Of a DNA stretch of 64,000 bases, positions 49,714 to 63,735 are shown piece after piece. Location of the stretch: contig MU058252.1 in NCBI GenBank assembly GCA_013265495.1, positions 840,244 through 904,243 on the forward strand. Reading direction: 5' to 3'. The notes under the pieces are model-generated. The model was not told the DNA's origin, made no database searches, and saw only the letters and a program-made list of their open reading frames with translations. The DNA is from Vicugna vicugna (Eukaryota). A program made the position numbers and the translations under genes. Within the stretch, counting starts at the first letter, position 1. Each line of letters starts with the position of its first letter.

Positions 49714-52700
49714 GAAACCCAGACCCCTTCACCCCGGAGCTGGTGGGCACTGCCCGTGGGTGGCAGTCTGGCTGCAGGAAGGCAGCAGCTGACAGACATT
49801 CAGCTGTCCCTGGGAGGATGAGTGGGGCCCACTGGGTCAGCGGGGGAGAGGGTCTCTGCACACACGGAGCCCTCACTTTGTCAAGGGCCTCGAAAACCCC
49901 AAAGGAAATGGCTGGATGAGAGGAAAAGACGGGTGTGCAAGGTCTTCTCTCCTGCAGGTTCGGAGAAAAACAGGAAACAGCCCAAATCGGCCTACTTTTA
50001 CCGTCATGGAAGAAGATTTACAACGTGTGAGGAGAGGCGCAGGCTGGGAAAGTCTCGCGCTCCCGTTGCAGTGTCCCCTGTGTGCTGGCAGGACCTGTTC
50101 CCGGGCGCTCGCTGGGGAAGCCGTGTGAGTTTCCACCAGCTGTGGTGACGCGGGGCGAACCCGCGCCTGCCCGCCCCGCCCACCACGGTCAGGACAGCAA
50201 GGACCGCAGCTGGTTCACGCGGCGCCGTGCTCCTCCACCCCCAGACAACAGATGGACTCAGATGGGAGTCTGTCTTTCCCCAAACAACACTGACGCTGGA
50301 AACGGTGCTAATAAGGTTATTCCCCGAAGCACAAACCACTAAGGAAGCACCAAGACCTTCCGGTCAGGGAACGCCGTCCTAATGGGGTCTCGCGGGCGCT
50401 CGGGCCTTCTCAAGGCAAGGGTAGACGGAGAAGCGGCCGTGTGTGAGGGGACAGCCGGCTCTTAATTTCTAGGCTGTTTTCAACTCTGAAATTCCACGAT
50501 TTTACTGAGACAGGCCTTAAGACAGGGTCTGCAAAGACCAGCGCTGGGTTTCTGGAGAGGGTCTATTTACCCACAGACAAAATGCCAGCCCTCGCCCCAC
50601 CCCAAGACCGTGGCAGCTTTGGTGCTGACCCTCCGTGGGTGCCACGCGCTGCCCGGCCAGCCGGGTGACGCTGGTCATCGGGCCTCCTGTATGTTAAGTC
50701 GTCTCCAGAAAGGAAAAAAGCAGCCACGAGGGAACGTGGAGATGCTGCTGGGTCTGCCCCCGGACCCAAACGGCCCCCGAAAGCTGCCTCCCCACCGCCT
50801 GCCTGGCGCCCCACAGGCAGCGTGGGTTCCGCAGGGAAAAGAATCACACAGTTTTGGTCTGAGCAGGAGGGGCACCTCGAACGAGAATAAAACTGGGCCC
50901 GAGGGAACATGTTTATAAGGTCACAGCGCTGCTGGCAGCTCCAAGATACGCCCTCCTCCACGCAGGGGGTCTTATGCAAGAGTCAGGGCTTGGAGACCTG
51001 ATTTCTGCTCTCAGCCACCTACCCAGTGTGGCTCTGGGACTTGGCCCAGGAGCCAAAGTCCACACGGCTTCCAGCTCAGCGTCTTCAGAGCAGCCAATGT
51101 CCATGTTTACAAAACCGTTTCTCAAAAGATTCTTCGTAAACATTTCAGCAGGTGCCCGGGGATTCTTCCATCCCTACCTGTTGGGCCCCCGCCTGCAGCA
51201 CAAGGAGTTCAGGGAAAGACACAAACGCCACGGACTTAGAAAGAACCGAGGCTTTCCCGCACTAAGGGGGTGCACCGAAGGGGGCGGTTTTATTGGCCCA
51301 CCCCCACTTTCATCCTGGACTAAACCTGCTCCCCCCGAAGCATTTGGCCACAACTTTCTAACTAATGGTCCTAACCTGTCAACAGATCCTGAAGTCGATT
51401 TAATGGATTATATAACCACCGAAATATAAATTAGAATAAAACAAGGCTGCATCTCACCGTTCCCCAAAATTTTTGTTTTAGGTATTCACACACAGATGCA
51501 CACACACACAAACTCTGACTAAAACATCCATCTTACTGCGTTGTGGACAAAAATGTCTGAACAATTGTGTAGTGCATGCACTCTGAAGCAGGGCAGGTAG
51601 ACTTCAGAGAGGAGGTGACACCCTGTCCTCCTAGACGCCCCAAGAGTGGACAGGGACAAGCACCATCTGTTTCCCTCTGTCCTGGCTGAAGTCCTCTGAC
51701 CTCTCTTTGTACTTTGAGCCCAGAAATTTGCACAAAGAAAAGAGACAGAGAATCACATCTCTTCACTGTCATGGGAGGTGGGCAATTCCTTACCTCCTTC
51801 CCTTTCATCCAACCCTATCCGTCCCTCCCCTGGCCCTCTGAACAATGGGACTGCAGCTCTGACCCACCAAGGGTCCTGCCAACCCCAGCAGCCCTGGGCC
51901 ACCCCAGACCAAGAACAGCAGTTGTGCCTGGGGGGCAACTGCCCACCCAGATGCCTCCAGCATGGTAACTGCCAGCACCTGTACCCCGCTGGCCCAGGCC
52001 TGCTGCAGACCCCCTGGTCTCCTAATACCTAATCCAGGGAAACAGTGCAGCCAGAGGATGTTGCAGATGGAAAAAGTCAGAAATCATCCATTACAGGTGG
52101 GGTCACAGGTTTCCAGAGAGATTTGAGCGAGTTTCTCCAAGCTACATGGTAGAGTCATAACCCAGCCAGAACCAAATCCTGGCCTTGCAGCTTCTAGCCA
52201 AGATCTCTTTCTATCACACTGTACTCTCTCTAGCTGACTTTGACCTTGCAGCTCATGTTTCCATCATATTCGATGCTGACCACTGTCCTGCAGAGTCACA
52301 GTGCGATGGGCCTGGCCGTCCTGGGCACACAGTGAGCGTCGGCTATGATTGCTGTACACGGCCATCCTCTAATTTAGGTTCTGCTGGCGTCTTTGCATCC
52401 AGTGACAAAGCTCTTGTTTCAGTTTGCCCTTTGTCATCCTTTGGCTTTGTGTGAATTTGTTACTTCCTGGGATTCCTCCACACTTGTGGGACTGGCCATG
52501 AGGGTGAGCAGCTGCCCTGGGAACTTCCGGGAACCACAAAAACCTCAGAGTCCTGCTGCCAACTGAAGGCTGGTGGGTGCTCTGCACAGAAGGGCTCCAG
52601 GTGCTCCTGGCCAAAGGCGTATGCGGCAGGTCCAGGGAGATCAGCGGGTCCAGGAGACAGTATCTGCCCACTTCCCTGTCCTTCCAGGGCAGGGCGCTGA

Positions 52701-53319
52701 GGGCACATCGAGCACATGTCGGGCACACGCTGGGCAGCTCCGCGTGGGAAATCAGAGTTCTCAGAACAGGAATGCAATGGGGGTACACAGCACCCTCCCT
52801 CAGAGCCCAGGGACCACTGAGGGTTGCAGGGATCCCATTTTGGGCCACAGTCCCTCACAGTGCAGGTTAACAATGACATTCAACATGGCGAAATGGCTAG
52901 CTCTTTGTAAAATGTATTTTTTGGTCCTTTTTACTAATTTAGCTCCTGCTGTCAAAACAAAGAAGCTGAACTGAGCCTATGCCCTCTCTAAGGTAGGCCA
53001 GAACACCGATTCCTGTTCCAACAGCTGCGCTGACTGGAAACTCACTTTCCATCTTTGGTCCTCGGTTTCTTCATCTGAGACGGGAGGTGTTTGGGTCTGA
53101 ACCCTGGAGCTCCTCCAAAGTCCCTCAGACCCTCAAATTTCGTCCATCCTGCACTGAAATGACAGGGCTCCCTTCCACATGCTCAGGTTGAACCCCAAGG
53201 CGGCGACAGGTCACACTGCCCCCTGGTGGTGCACCTTGGGCTGAGGACCAGAGGTGGCAGGATAGACGTTTGTAAGTGGTAGTGGCCCGGGGATGGGGGT
53301 AGAAGGGATGGACAGGCCA

Positions 53320-54155
53320 AGCACTGGGGACTTTTAGGGCCATAATAAAACTACTCTGATGCTGTAATGATGGATACATGTCACTACACATTTGTCAAAA
53401 CCTATAAAATGTACAAAACTAAGAGTGAACCCAACGTACACTATGACTTCTAGTGATAATAATGTTATTAATAGAGGCTCGTGGAGTTTGGGGTTTTCGA
53501 GCACGAGCCTCCCGTTTTCCTCGCTCGGCCCTGCAATAAGCCTTTCTCTGTTCCAAACTTCAATGTTTTAGTTTATTTTGCTGTACTGTGTGCTGGGCAC
53601 AGGAATTTGCGTTCAGTAACAGGATTACCTACTAAAGATTTTCGAACATTAAAATACAATATATTAAGATATAATTATGTGGGGGAGCACACAGAAATAA
53701 GCTCGAGAAGGTGACACTGTAAAACTCCTACGTTAAAGAAGATGTTAATTTTTTTAATGGTTTATGACAGATATCAAAGTGGTATAGCCTTTGGATTCCA
53801 GGTGATACATTGAAAAGAGTGATGTGACCATTTTAATGTAAAACATCAAACTTGCTGGTGATCATTCTGTAATATATAGAAATAGTGAATCACTATGTTG
53901 TGCACCTGGAATTAACATAGTGTTGTAGGTCAATTACACTTCAATTTTTAAAATAATAAGTAAATAAATGTATCAGACTTACAAAAAAAAATAGAGGCTC
54001 ATGCACTGTGACAAAGGTACCACAGTAATACTGGGGGGCACTGGTGGGGAGGGGAGGGGGTGCATGGGAGCTCTCTGTGTTTTCTGCTCACTTGTACTGT
54101 AAATCTAAAACCGCTCCCCCCCTCAAAAAAAGGTCTATTAAACAACAAAAAGAAA
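53320..54155 (+). mobile_element. L1MC-type 3' end interrupted by an ERV LTR fragment (about 53470-53621) and another L1 tail (about 53850-53990)
   Basis: atggatacatgtcactacacatttgtcaaaacc...gagtgaaccc resumes near 54000 (tgggagctctctgtgttttctgctca...gtaaatctaaaacc); LTR-like piece ends gcgttcagtaaca. Confidence 0.65.
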
Positions 54156-56329
54156 GTAATAGCAGCAAACATGCAGGGAGGCCGCAGTTCCATCAGCCAA
54201 CCAACCACCCATCACACGGCCTCAACCACCCGCCTCCTGTCGTTACTACAGGAGACAGAGGGGAGCCTGCAATCCAGCTAAGGGGCTTCCTCGGGCGCCT
54301 CCACGAGGCCCACGATCATCGGTCCACGTAAGGACAGGAGCTGGAGTGGTCACATTTTCCCGCACGCACAGCTCTGAGTCCTTCCCAAATACAGGGGAGC
54401 AGGTGCGTTGCACGTGCCAGACTCGGGGTCCTGAGGTCAAGGGGGTCTCCGGCAGAGACGACAAACAAGGCAAGTGGAACTTGGAAATGAAACAACTAGC
54501 TGGGGTTGGGCGGCAGGAGGGCCAGCAGGAGGGCCTGCCAGCCCGCGTCCCCTCTCTCAGGCCAGGCTGGCCAGTGTGGACCCTGGAGCCAGGGCTCCGG
54601 CCTTCACGCTCCAGATGGACTCGCGTGCTGGGTGGAGTCAGCCGCAGCCCTAGAATGTCTGGAGCGGGTGGACAGATTCCAGGGCCTGGCTGGAGGCCCA
54701 AGGCGCACAGAGTAACTAGTGGTTCCTGGTCAGAAGCTCAAGGCCACAGACCATGGTGTTAACTAATCCAAACAATGAATTTGCTAGTGTTGTTGGTTTT
54801 GTTTTTTCTACCAACAAACCTATTCTGTTCTGGGGGAGCAGGGCTTGTTACATAAGGAGGGGAGGGAAGAAAAATGCTGGATGTGAGGCCAAAGTCACCA
54901 GAAGAGCAGAAACTTCTAGATCAGCGGCCGCCACAGCAGGGAGTCAGGTACAAAACACAGGGGTTGTTTGTAGCTTTGCTTTCTCAAGGAAGAGGGAAAA
55001 AAGCCTGCTTCTCATATTCTAGGAACTGGGTTAAAAGCCATCATCTCTTAGGAAGACCTGGCCACTGGGTGTCCCCACGTGTACAACGTGTCCCCATGCC
55101 ACCCATGCCTCCCTTTGGGCCGGGGTGGGACTAGAAACACTTCCGTGAGCGTGCCCTCACCATTTCTCATCTACTCCCTGCTACACTGGTTTGGGATCTT
55201 TATTTCTCATTGAAAAAACTACAGAGGATTCTAGGTCAGGTCCTGTGGGGACATTCCCAGGGTCAGAGGACCCCAGGGGTTGTCTGTCCCCTGTCATCAC
55301 CAGCTGCTCTGCTTTTACTCTTGGTCACTTGGTCCTGGGAGCCTCTGGACCATGTATCTCTGCCCTTTGCCCCTACAAGATCTTGGGACACCTCCTCTTG
55401 CTTGCAAAACATGGGGCTCCACATGCCAGGTCCCCACACCCCAGGTCCTTGTGCCTAGAGTGAGTGGACCCTGACCTTCCAGGACAGCTGTGGGGAGCCG
55501 ACACTACCAAAGGTCTATTCTAAACTGACCTAGGAGACCGGTGCATCCCTGGGGAGGGCCATGAAGAAGAAAAGGACATCTCACAGGCGGAGGGGAAACC
55601 AGAGTTGCCAGGGTCACTCCCAGTGGCCCATGTGGTCCCCTCTTGGTTTGCACACAGCCTCACTTTCATGGTTCAAAGGACACAGAAGATCACGTGAACT
55701 GGTCCTCTCCAGCCTGTGTGCCTAGCCTGGAGAAAAAAGCAGCGCTGAGCAGGGACCCTGTTGGCTGAAACCTTCCATGGGGCCTTACCCCCGCTTCCCC
55801 TGCATTACTCTGCTGCCTGTACACTGGCCCCCCGACCTCTAGCCCTCCCCCACTCCAGACCGGGGCTCACGAAGGCCACAAGTTCAAGGTTATTACACAC
55901 AAATCATCTTAAAGGTAGCAGTCAGGAAGCCAGAACTCCTTTGTTGTGACAATCTGCAATCAAAAACACTTTGACTGCATACAGATGTAAGCCAGTGGTT
56001 CTCACTGGAGTTCAAGGATCCGTGGGCAGGGCCAGCAGGTTGGCCTGCCTCCTCGTCTGACGGTTTGAGAGGCAGCAGCCAGCACCACACTGTGAGGTTG
56101 GGTTGATCTGCCCTTCCCCTCCCCACCCATCTCCTCCTCGTCCTCCAGAACTAGCTCGGGTCTCACAGATGCACGATGCCTTTGCTGTCGAGTCTGCTGG
56201 AAACCATCTCTCACTCAACTGCCTTTAAAATCAATCCACCCAAACACTGTCCTTTTGCTGTTAAAGTATAAATTTCCTCTCTGTCAAGGCTGTGAGCACT
56301 CTGAGGGCAACAGTGACCTTATCCAACTG

Positions 56330-56900
56330 ATTTTTGTTTGTGTGGATAAAAAAATACATTCATAGGATTCAAAAGTGCAAAGTGATGCACAATTGAAAAG
56401 TTGGGCTCTTCTGCCGTGCCCCCAAAGGGGCCACTGTCAGCTGCATGTCTAGTCGGGGTTTCTTTACGCAAAGGCAGACATCAAGTATTTTCCCTCTAAG
56501 TACAGACGGCTCCCTGTTATACACTATGCTCCAGGAGCTCTGTCAGCATCACACTTAGGGTTTTGGTGTCTAAGGTGTGCTCCTTTGCATGGAATCCTCT
56601 AGTTTTACCAGCCCCCTGTCGATGTCATGGGCTGTTGCAGTGAGAACTCAGTATGTTCTTCAAGTTTCTAGGATAGTGTGATCGCTGCTCAGAGGGCAAG
56701 GCATCATGATTTCTGACAGATATTGCCACGTGCCCCCTGAGGATTGGACCATTCTGCTCTCCTAACTATGGTGCAGGGCAGTGTCTATCTGCCCCACAGC
56801 CTCACCTGCAGACTACACTGTCATACCACTGAGCTTTGCCGGAGCAGTGAGAAACGGCATCTGTGCAACATACATTTGCGTCTATTTAATCTTTGGTGCA
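56330..56900 (-). mobile_element. Highly diverged L1ME-like fragment
   Basis: gacagatattgcca...ccccacagcctcacc...gagaaacggcatct...catttgc resembles antisense L1M. Confidence 0.5.
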
Positions 56901-56939
56901 ACATCAAAGGACTTGAGTGACTTAGACTTCCAAGTGAGG

Positions 56940-57270
56940 TGATGAGGAGCCTTGCAGCTTATGCCTGGATCTCCTGGAATCTTCCCCAGGGGAAACCGGC
57001 TGCTGTGTTAAAAATCCACCATGCTATGGAAAAGCTCAAGCCAGCCACGTGGAGTGGAAGCACAGAGAAAGGGATGTGAATCAGCCCAGGCAGAAGCTGC
57101 GAGGGTGAAGGAGCCTTGAGAACACTGGCCTCAGGCGTCAACGGACTGAAACTATATGCGGAACCTGAGGGAGAACTCTGGGCTGAGCCTGGCAGCCCTC
57201 AGACCCGTGATGAGCCCCAGCTGCAGCTTTACGATTTGGGGTGGTTTGTGACATAGCAATAGATGATCAG
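56940..57270 (+). mobile_element. Diverged MLT1-like LTR fragment
   Basis: ccaccatgctatggaaaagctcaagccagccacgtggag...tttggggtggtttgtgacatagcaatagat. Confidence 0.6.
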
Positions 57271-58269
57271 AAAACCATGGAATCTTGCAAAACTTAATTT
57301 CTCTGTGCCTCAGTTTTTTAATCTATAAAATGGGTGTCATAGGAGTTCCCATTAGATTATGGTTAACGTATAAGTATGTAAACACACAATACAGCTGAAC
57401 TAAAATATGAAGAGATTACAGTGATGCATGACAATCATTTGGAAAATGTTGGCTATTACTTTAAAATAAATGACTGATTTTATGGGCAAGATGCCATCAC
57501 ATAGAGGCAAAATGGTATGATTATTGAGCCCAGCGGGAAGACCATAGAATCTTCTCTCTCAGAGCTTTGATTAGGGGAAAGAGGCAGATTCGGTGGCACC
57601 CTCAGATCTGCCAAGATCCATCCCAAACTTACAGGAGAAAGGCCAGTTCAGGGAGGCACCACGCAGGGGCTCTGAACCCTTGCTGACGAGTTAGGGAGAA
57701 AGAAAGTCCCTGTGAACTGAGAATGCCTTTGGGAGCGCTCTCCAGGTGTGCTCCTAAACTGCTCAAGTGCTGACTTCCTCATTAATTACCAAGAGAAAGC
57801 AAAATTCCCCAAACCAAAGAGGGTGGGGTGACGTAGGTGGGTGATTTCTGGTCTAGGGTGAGAGAGAACAGAAAGTGGCAATGGATGTTCGGCAGTGTTT
57901 CTAGTCTTCTGAAGAGTGGAAAGGAGATCGCACGCTTGCCCGTGACCCCATAAGCGATCAGGACATCGCGTCTGTGCTTTTAGCTGGAATGTCTTCACCT
58001 CTGGTAATGATGATTATCTAATGCTGATGAGAAGGCTGGTATCAGGAATGACTAACTGTGGAAATTATTTATGAACAAACGCTTGTCAGACAATCTTTCA
58101 GAACTGAGGACAAATGGGAGGAAACAGGAGTCTCAAGGGGATCTGAAAAACGTATTTATCCATTTAAACATCTGTGAAGTAGCTCCTGTGCACCTGGGCC
58201 TGTGCTGGATACACAGGTAAGACATTCACAGGAAAGACACAGACCCACTCTTGGTCTCAAGATGGGGGT

Positions 58270-58445
58270 GGGGAGGGGACAGACTGCAAAGGGACACAAG
58301 GGACCTTTTGGGGGAATGGAAATGTTTGTATCCTGACTGTGTTGGTGGTCACGTGACTGTGTGCACGGATCACAACCCATCTAATTGCATACTTAAAGCT
58401 GGCGAATTTTATTGTATGTAAACTATATGCCAATAAAGCTGACCC
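58270..58445 (+). mobile_element. L1M 3' end fragment
   Basis: gactgcaaagggacacaaggg...attttattgtatgtaaactatatgccaataaa. Confidence 0.75.
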
Positions 58446-59084
58446 CATAGTGACTGCTCAGCCACCACCCATCCCTATACCACAGGGGAGAAAAGGAAAA
58501 GCAAGCAGCCTATAGACCCCGGGGAACACGCCCATGGCATTAATCCCGGGATACTGAATATTCTTTTTCAAGATGGGGGAACAGAATTTTCAGGGAGCAT
58601 CTGTACTGTGTATTACAGACCAGTTATACACTTTCTTTTCTAGCAAAACTTTTCGTTTCTATTGGCCTCCTGGTGCCAAAGTACTTGTTACACATTTCAG
58701 ATCAGGCATGGGTGTCCCTTCTTTCCTCACCTGGGGTCTGAAAGGCCAGCATTTCACCTTCCAGAAGCCAGTTTAGACACCCAGTAGCTACAGATCCAGG
58801 AGAAAAGATTTGTTGGACACTAGAAGCCCAATTTCTCCCAAAGGTAAACCCCCAAGAATGAGATGTCACAAAACCTACAAAGGTGCTTCCACTTCCTATT
58901 CCAAGACCCTTTATTTGGGTCAAGGCAGTATTTAAATAACTGGGAGAGATAACTCATTAAACTAACCCCTTCTCTGATTTGGTAGGTTATTGGATTAGCT
59001 AATCTCAGAAGAGGACCCTGAAGGCCTAGGAGGGAGAGGAGAGAAATCTGGGTCGGGTGGAGACGGTTGGACGGAAAAAGTGCG

Positions 59085-59638
59085 GATTCATAGCAGCACT
59101 ATTTACAATAGCCACGACATGGAAGCAACCTCAGTGTCCATCGACGGATGACTAGATATATACAATGGAATACCATGCAGCCATTAAAAAGAATGAAATC
59201 ATGCCATTTGCAGCAACACGGATAGACCCAGAGATTATCATACTAAGTGAAGTAAGTCAGACAGAGAAAGACATATATCATATGATACCACTAATACATG
59301 GAATCCAAAAATGATACAAATGAACTTACTTACAAACAGAAAGAGACTCACAGACAGAGGAAACAAATTTATGGTGACCAAAGGGGAAAGATGGGGAGGG
59401 ATAAATTAGGATCTTGGGATTAACAGATACACACTATTTTATACATAAAATAGATAAACAAAAAGGACCTACTGTATAACACAGATATTACAAGATAGTT
59501 GATACCTTGTAATAATCTATAATAGAAAAGAACCTGAAAAAGAATATCTATAAATGTGTAACTGAAATCACTTTGTTGTACACCTGAAACCAACACAACA
59601 TTGTAAACCAACTATACTTCAATTTAAAAAAAGAAAAA
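59085..59638 (+). mobile_element. 5'-truncated L1 (ORF2 tail plus 3'UTR)
   Basis: ttcatagcagcactatttacaatagcca...atcatgccatttgcagcaac...; 10-bp TSD gaaaaagtgc (59074-59083 and 59639-59648). Confidence 0.9.
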
Positions 59639-62600
59639 GAAAAAGTGCTCGAGTGAGGCCAGTTCTGGGAGTGCTGGAGTGGGGGCCCTAGCAGGGGGGC
59701 AGGGGATGCTCAGTGACATTCCTGGGCTGAGGCCACGAGTCCCTGCCCTCTCCACAGCCACACCTTCCCCAGGATCCTGCCAAGTAGGAAGTGTAGGGAT
59801 CACCGAGCACAGGGAACACGGCGGATGTTTAAACATGATGAAAAACATCGACCACAGCCAGCTTATCTCAACTGGACATCATTACTCACTGGCATTCCAG
59901 ATTTTGTCCAAGTGGCAGTTACTGAGACCCCAAAGTACCTCCGGTGTCAGAGAATGGGTGATGTCAGGCTGACTTTGGTGTTAAGGGCATGTTACCGGAC
60001 TCCAGTTTTTTGACAGTTAGCATTTCAGATGAGGCAGGCGCAGCCAGCTGCTCTCAGTCTGGACTCTGGATAGACCATCTGAGATTATTGAAAAATACTC
60101 TGGATCCTTCTCTTTTTGGGGCAACTACACAGTGATCTCCTTATCTTTCTCCACGAGTGAAATTAGAGAAAACTGATTGGGGGGCGGAACTGCTAGACAC
60201 GGTACCAGGTTGGAACTTGGGACCTTCTTTTCAGGTAAATGGGCAGGAGGGGAACAGGTTGGTCCCAACTCACACACCCTGAGTATGACTCCTCTCTTGC
60301 AAAGCTGGTCCTCGGGGCACAGAAGGTGCTGCTGGCAACCTCCATTTGGCGGGCTGGTAGGACCCAGGAGATCCCAGTGTGGGTGGGGGGCAAACACCTG
60401 GGGCTCTGGCTGAAGGCTTTTCTCATCGCTTAGGAGACAGTGGGGTAGATGGTGCTCCCGCACCCAGCAGGGGTTTTGAAGGGAAGAGGGGATGAGGCGA
60501 GGAGGAGAAAGCAATGGAGACAGCAGCTCTGCCTCCACCTCTCCCAAGCCCCACGGCCTCAAAGTCACCTCCCTCAGAAGTCTCTCCCGGGGACAGAGCT
60601 GGCCAGTCCAGCAGCCCGGCCCAATGTCCCCTCTGCCAGCAGCCTGCCTGGAAGAGGAGCTGCCAGGTGGCCGCTAGTGAGACCACAAGGGGCCGGGCAA
60701 GGCCAGGAGGGTCGTCCTGACACTATCCCAGGAGACGGAAGGGAGGGGTTCTTGGCCCCCAGCAGGGTACTCCAAGCCCCTGGACTCCACCCCAGGCCCG
60801 ACTGGGGCGTATCCCTCCTCCTGTCCCCAGGACCCTCCCTTTTTCCGAGTGTTCCCCCAGATTTGTGTTGGAAAGCCAACTGGAAAGCGCATTTCAAGGC
60901 TCTGCGATTTGAGCAGATAAGTGTGGGATGACTCAGAGCGAGTGGGTGGTGACAGATGCCTGCAGCGAGCTCCAAGCCAGGCCTGGCCGTTCTGGGTAAA
61001 TGCCTGGCTTGGGTCTTGGTCTAACGTGAAGGGCAAATCCCACCAGGGGCCAGAGGGCTCTGGGAATCTGAGCAAAAAATCCGTTCAAAATGGATGAGCC
61101 CCCAGCCCGGTCCAGCCCCTTCCCACCCCACCCTCCCCCAAATCAGTGCAGCAACAGCGCAGGGAGGGTCCTAGGAGGCCCTCAGCACTCCTGGCAGGAG
61201 TCAGCCTGGCCTCGGTCGGGAGCCTTTGCTGCCCTGCCCCTGTGCTGGAGGTCTGTCCCCAGTGTCTGAGGACTGGAAGCTTCCCTTCCATCTTTGTCTT
61301 CCGGGCCTTACAAGCGTATCAGTCCTGCTCTCCGATGAAATGCAGACACCCCTCCAAGGGCATGTCCAGATTCCCTACCAGCTCAGTCTTGACTCTGAGA
61401 TAGGAAGGCTCACCTGGCTGGGCAAGTGTTCGCTTTGGGGAGGAGTTTCCGCTATTCAGAAACTCTCCCGCTTGTTTTCTGGCCGAGCTGGGTAGGAAAG
61501 GGTTAGTCATGGCAGTTAAAGCATTTTAGTTAACTTAATTTTTGGATAAGGAAAAATCACCTTTCTGATCCTTACTGGTGAAAATATTTCTAGAAATGTT
61601 TTCACATGTGCTGAGAAGAACGGGGCGGGCAGGGTTTACCTGTCGGATGGCTAGTTTGTGTCAAGCGCAGGACACCTCCCCCCAAGCCCCGACAACCAGC
61701 CGCAGGGCTGCAGCCACACATCCAGGACCAGAATCGCTCCCTCCCGGAAGGAGCCTTTCTGCCCTAATGCATATACCTTACGTTCTGCCGTCTTTTCTCC
61801 TTCCTGAGCGAGTCCCACACCAACTGTGGTTCACGGGAGATGCTGCTTGTTGGTCCTGGTTATTTGGAGGGTTGTGTACCGTCCCTGCTCTAAGTGTGGA
61901 CACTCTGTTTCCTTATGACCTTTTCCCAAAAACAGGCCCTCCCGGGCCCCCCCCCCACACCATGGACGTCTCAGAACCCCCCAAATGCCCACACGTGTTG
62001 GCTCTGATTCTACTTCCAGCCGTGAAAACGCGACTCTGAACGTGCCTTAGCCAACTCAGCTGCCAACTAAGGAGAATGTCTGCGTTTAAGGGCAGAAAAC
62101 ACAAGCTGTTTGGGTTACAAGTCTGCTGGGGTGCTTCATCTTGCCTCCCTTCTGTCCCTGATTCTACGTCTGGTTCTCAATCCAAGAAGTGGTGAGACCC
62201 TGTCCGGGGAGCCCTGGACCCAGAAGAGAAGGGGGAGGCGGCTGGAAGACAATTCTGACCCCCGGCTCCACAGCCCTGCTCTGCCCGGACCCCCTAACGC
62301 GCTGGGGGTGGTCGCAGCGCCGCCTGCAGACTCTGGCTGCCTCGCCGACTTCCATTCTCTTACCTCCTGGGACCTGCACAGCAAGGCTCTAACTCACACA
62401 GACTAAGGGGCTGGAGCCATTGTCACGGGCAGATGGCAGATGCCCTTAAAAGCAGACATTAGACAGTGAAATGCCACCACATACCTTGCCTGCAAAGTAA
62501 AAGCAAAACAGAAAGCGTTTCTTCTTCTTCCCTGCTACCTCCTACTCTGCTGTATCTTAGAGTGAAAGATGCCAAAGAAAATCAAGAAAGGAATTGACGA

Positions 62601-62984
62601 TTCGAGGAAGATAGTGAACCCAGGCCATTGTGACCTTCAGGGGTTGGTTGTACTGGGGGAGCTGCATGGAGACAGCAGATGACCCACCAGAGAGTACAAA
62701 CTGTCGGCGTGGGACAGTCGGGGAGGAGGGAGGGAGCGGACGTGTCCGTCACTAAGGACAGATGGCGAAGTGGCTGGAATGGAGCTGCAGGGGAACTACG
62801 TGAACCCAACAGAACCCAAAGCCCTCCTGCCTCGACTTCTTGATGAATAACGCAAGTGGTAAGACCCAGAGAACTCCATCAGAAAACCCGTCACTTTAAG
62901 GCTCTGCTTGGAGAGGCCCTGCTGGACTCAGTGGGGGAAACTCCACAACTGACCGCCTCCTAAAGGGAGGGGCTCTGTTGTCTA

Positions 62985-63170
62985 CCGAGCACCTATTATG
63001 TGCCTGGAACTCAGCCTTGGTCAACTGGTTTCATCCAACCAGGTGGCTATTGTGTTATTTTTATCTCCATTTTTAGAAGAAAAATCAAGCTCAGAAAAAT
63101 GAAATAATTGGCCTGGGTCCCCAGCTGGTAAGGAGTAGGACACAGACCTCAACTCAAGTCCGACTCCCAA
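62985..63170 (-). mobile_element. MIR fragment
   Basis: gagcacctattatgtgcc...tatctccatttttagaagaaaaatcaagctcaga. Confidence 0.65.
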
Positions 63171-63494
63171 GTCCAGTGCCAAAGGGCTCGGGGTTAAAGA
63201 AGGAAACCTTGTGACTTGATTACATCCTTCTCACAACTGAAGATGTGGTCACTGAGGTAAGAGCTCTGCCATCTGTCATTAATCCCCTTTAGGACTTGAG
63301 GGTCTCAAGTCACGCTTATGGGAAGGAAGTTTGGTCCCCACCTGAAGGAGGTGGGGAAGCCAGAACCTCCGCAGCAAGTCACCCGCCCGAGGTCCTACCC
63401 TGGTTTCTGGCTGTCTTCACACCATCACACTATCACACCATGATGCGAGCCGAGATGCCAGTGCTCACGCCAGACATTGGCTGCAGGGTCTATA

Positions 63495-63735
63495 TAGTGC
63501 GGCAGTGGGGACGGGGCAGGGGCAACTTTGGAGTCAGAGGGCCTGAGTTTGACCCTGGTTTGCCAAATACTGGCTATGCAATCTCCACAGATGATCAAGT
63601 TCACGGAGCCTCCATTTCCTCGTGTGTAAAACGAGGCAAACCTCTTAAGATTGTCATGAGAATTAAAATTACGAACATCCACGAAAACGCCAAACACGGT
63701 GCCGGGTGCCTCATGCACAGTCAATAAATATTTCC
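63495..63735 (+). mobile_element. MIR SINE, near full length
   Basis: tttggagtcagagggcctgagtttga...gagcctccatttcctcgtgtgtaaaac...caataaata. Confidence 0.75.
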
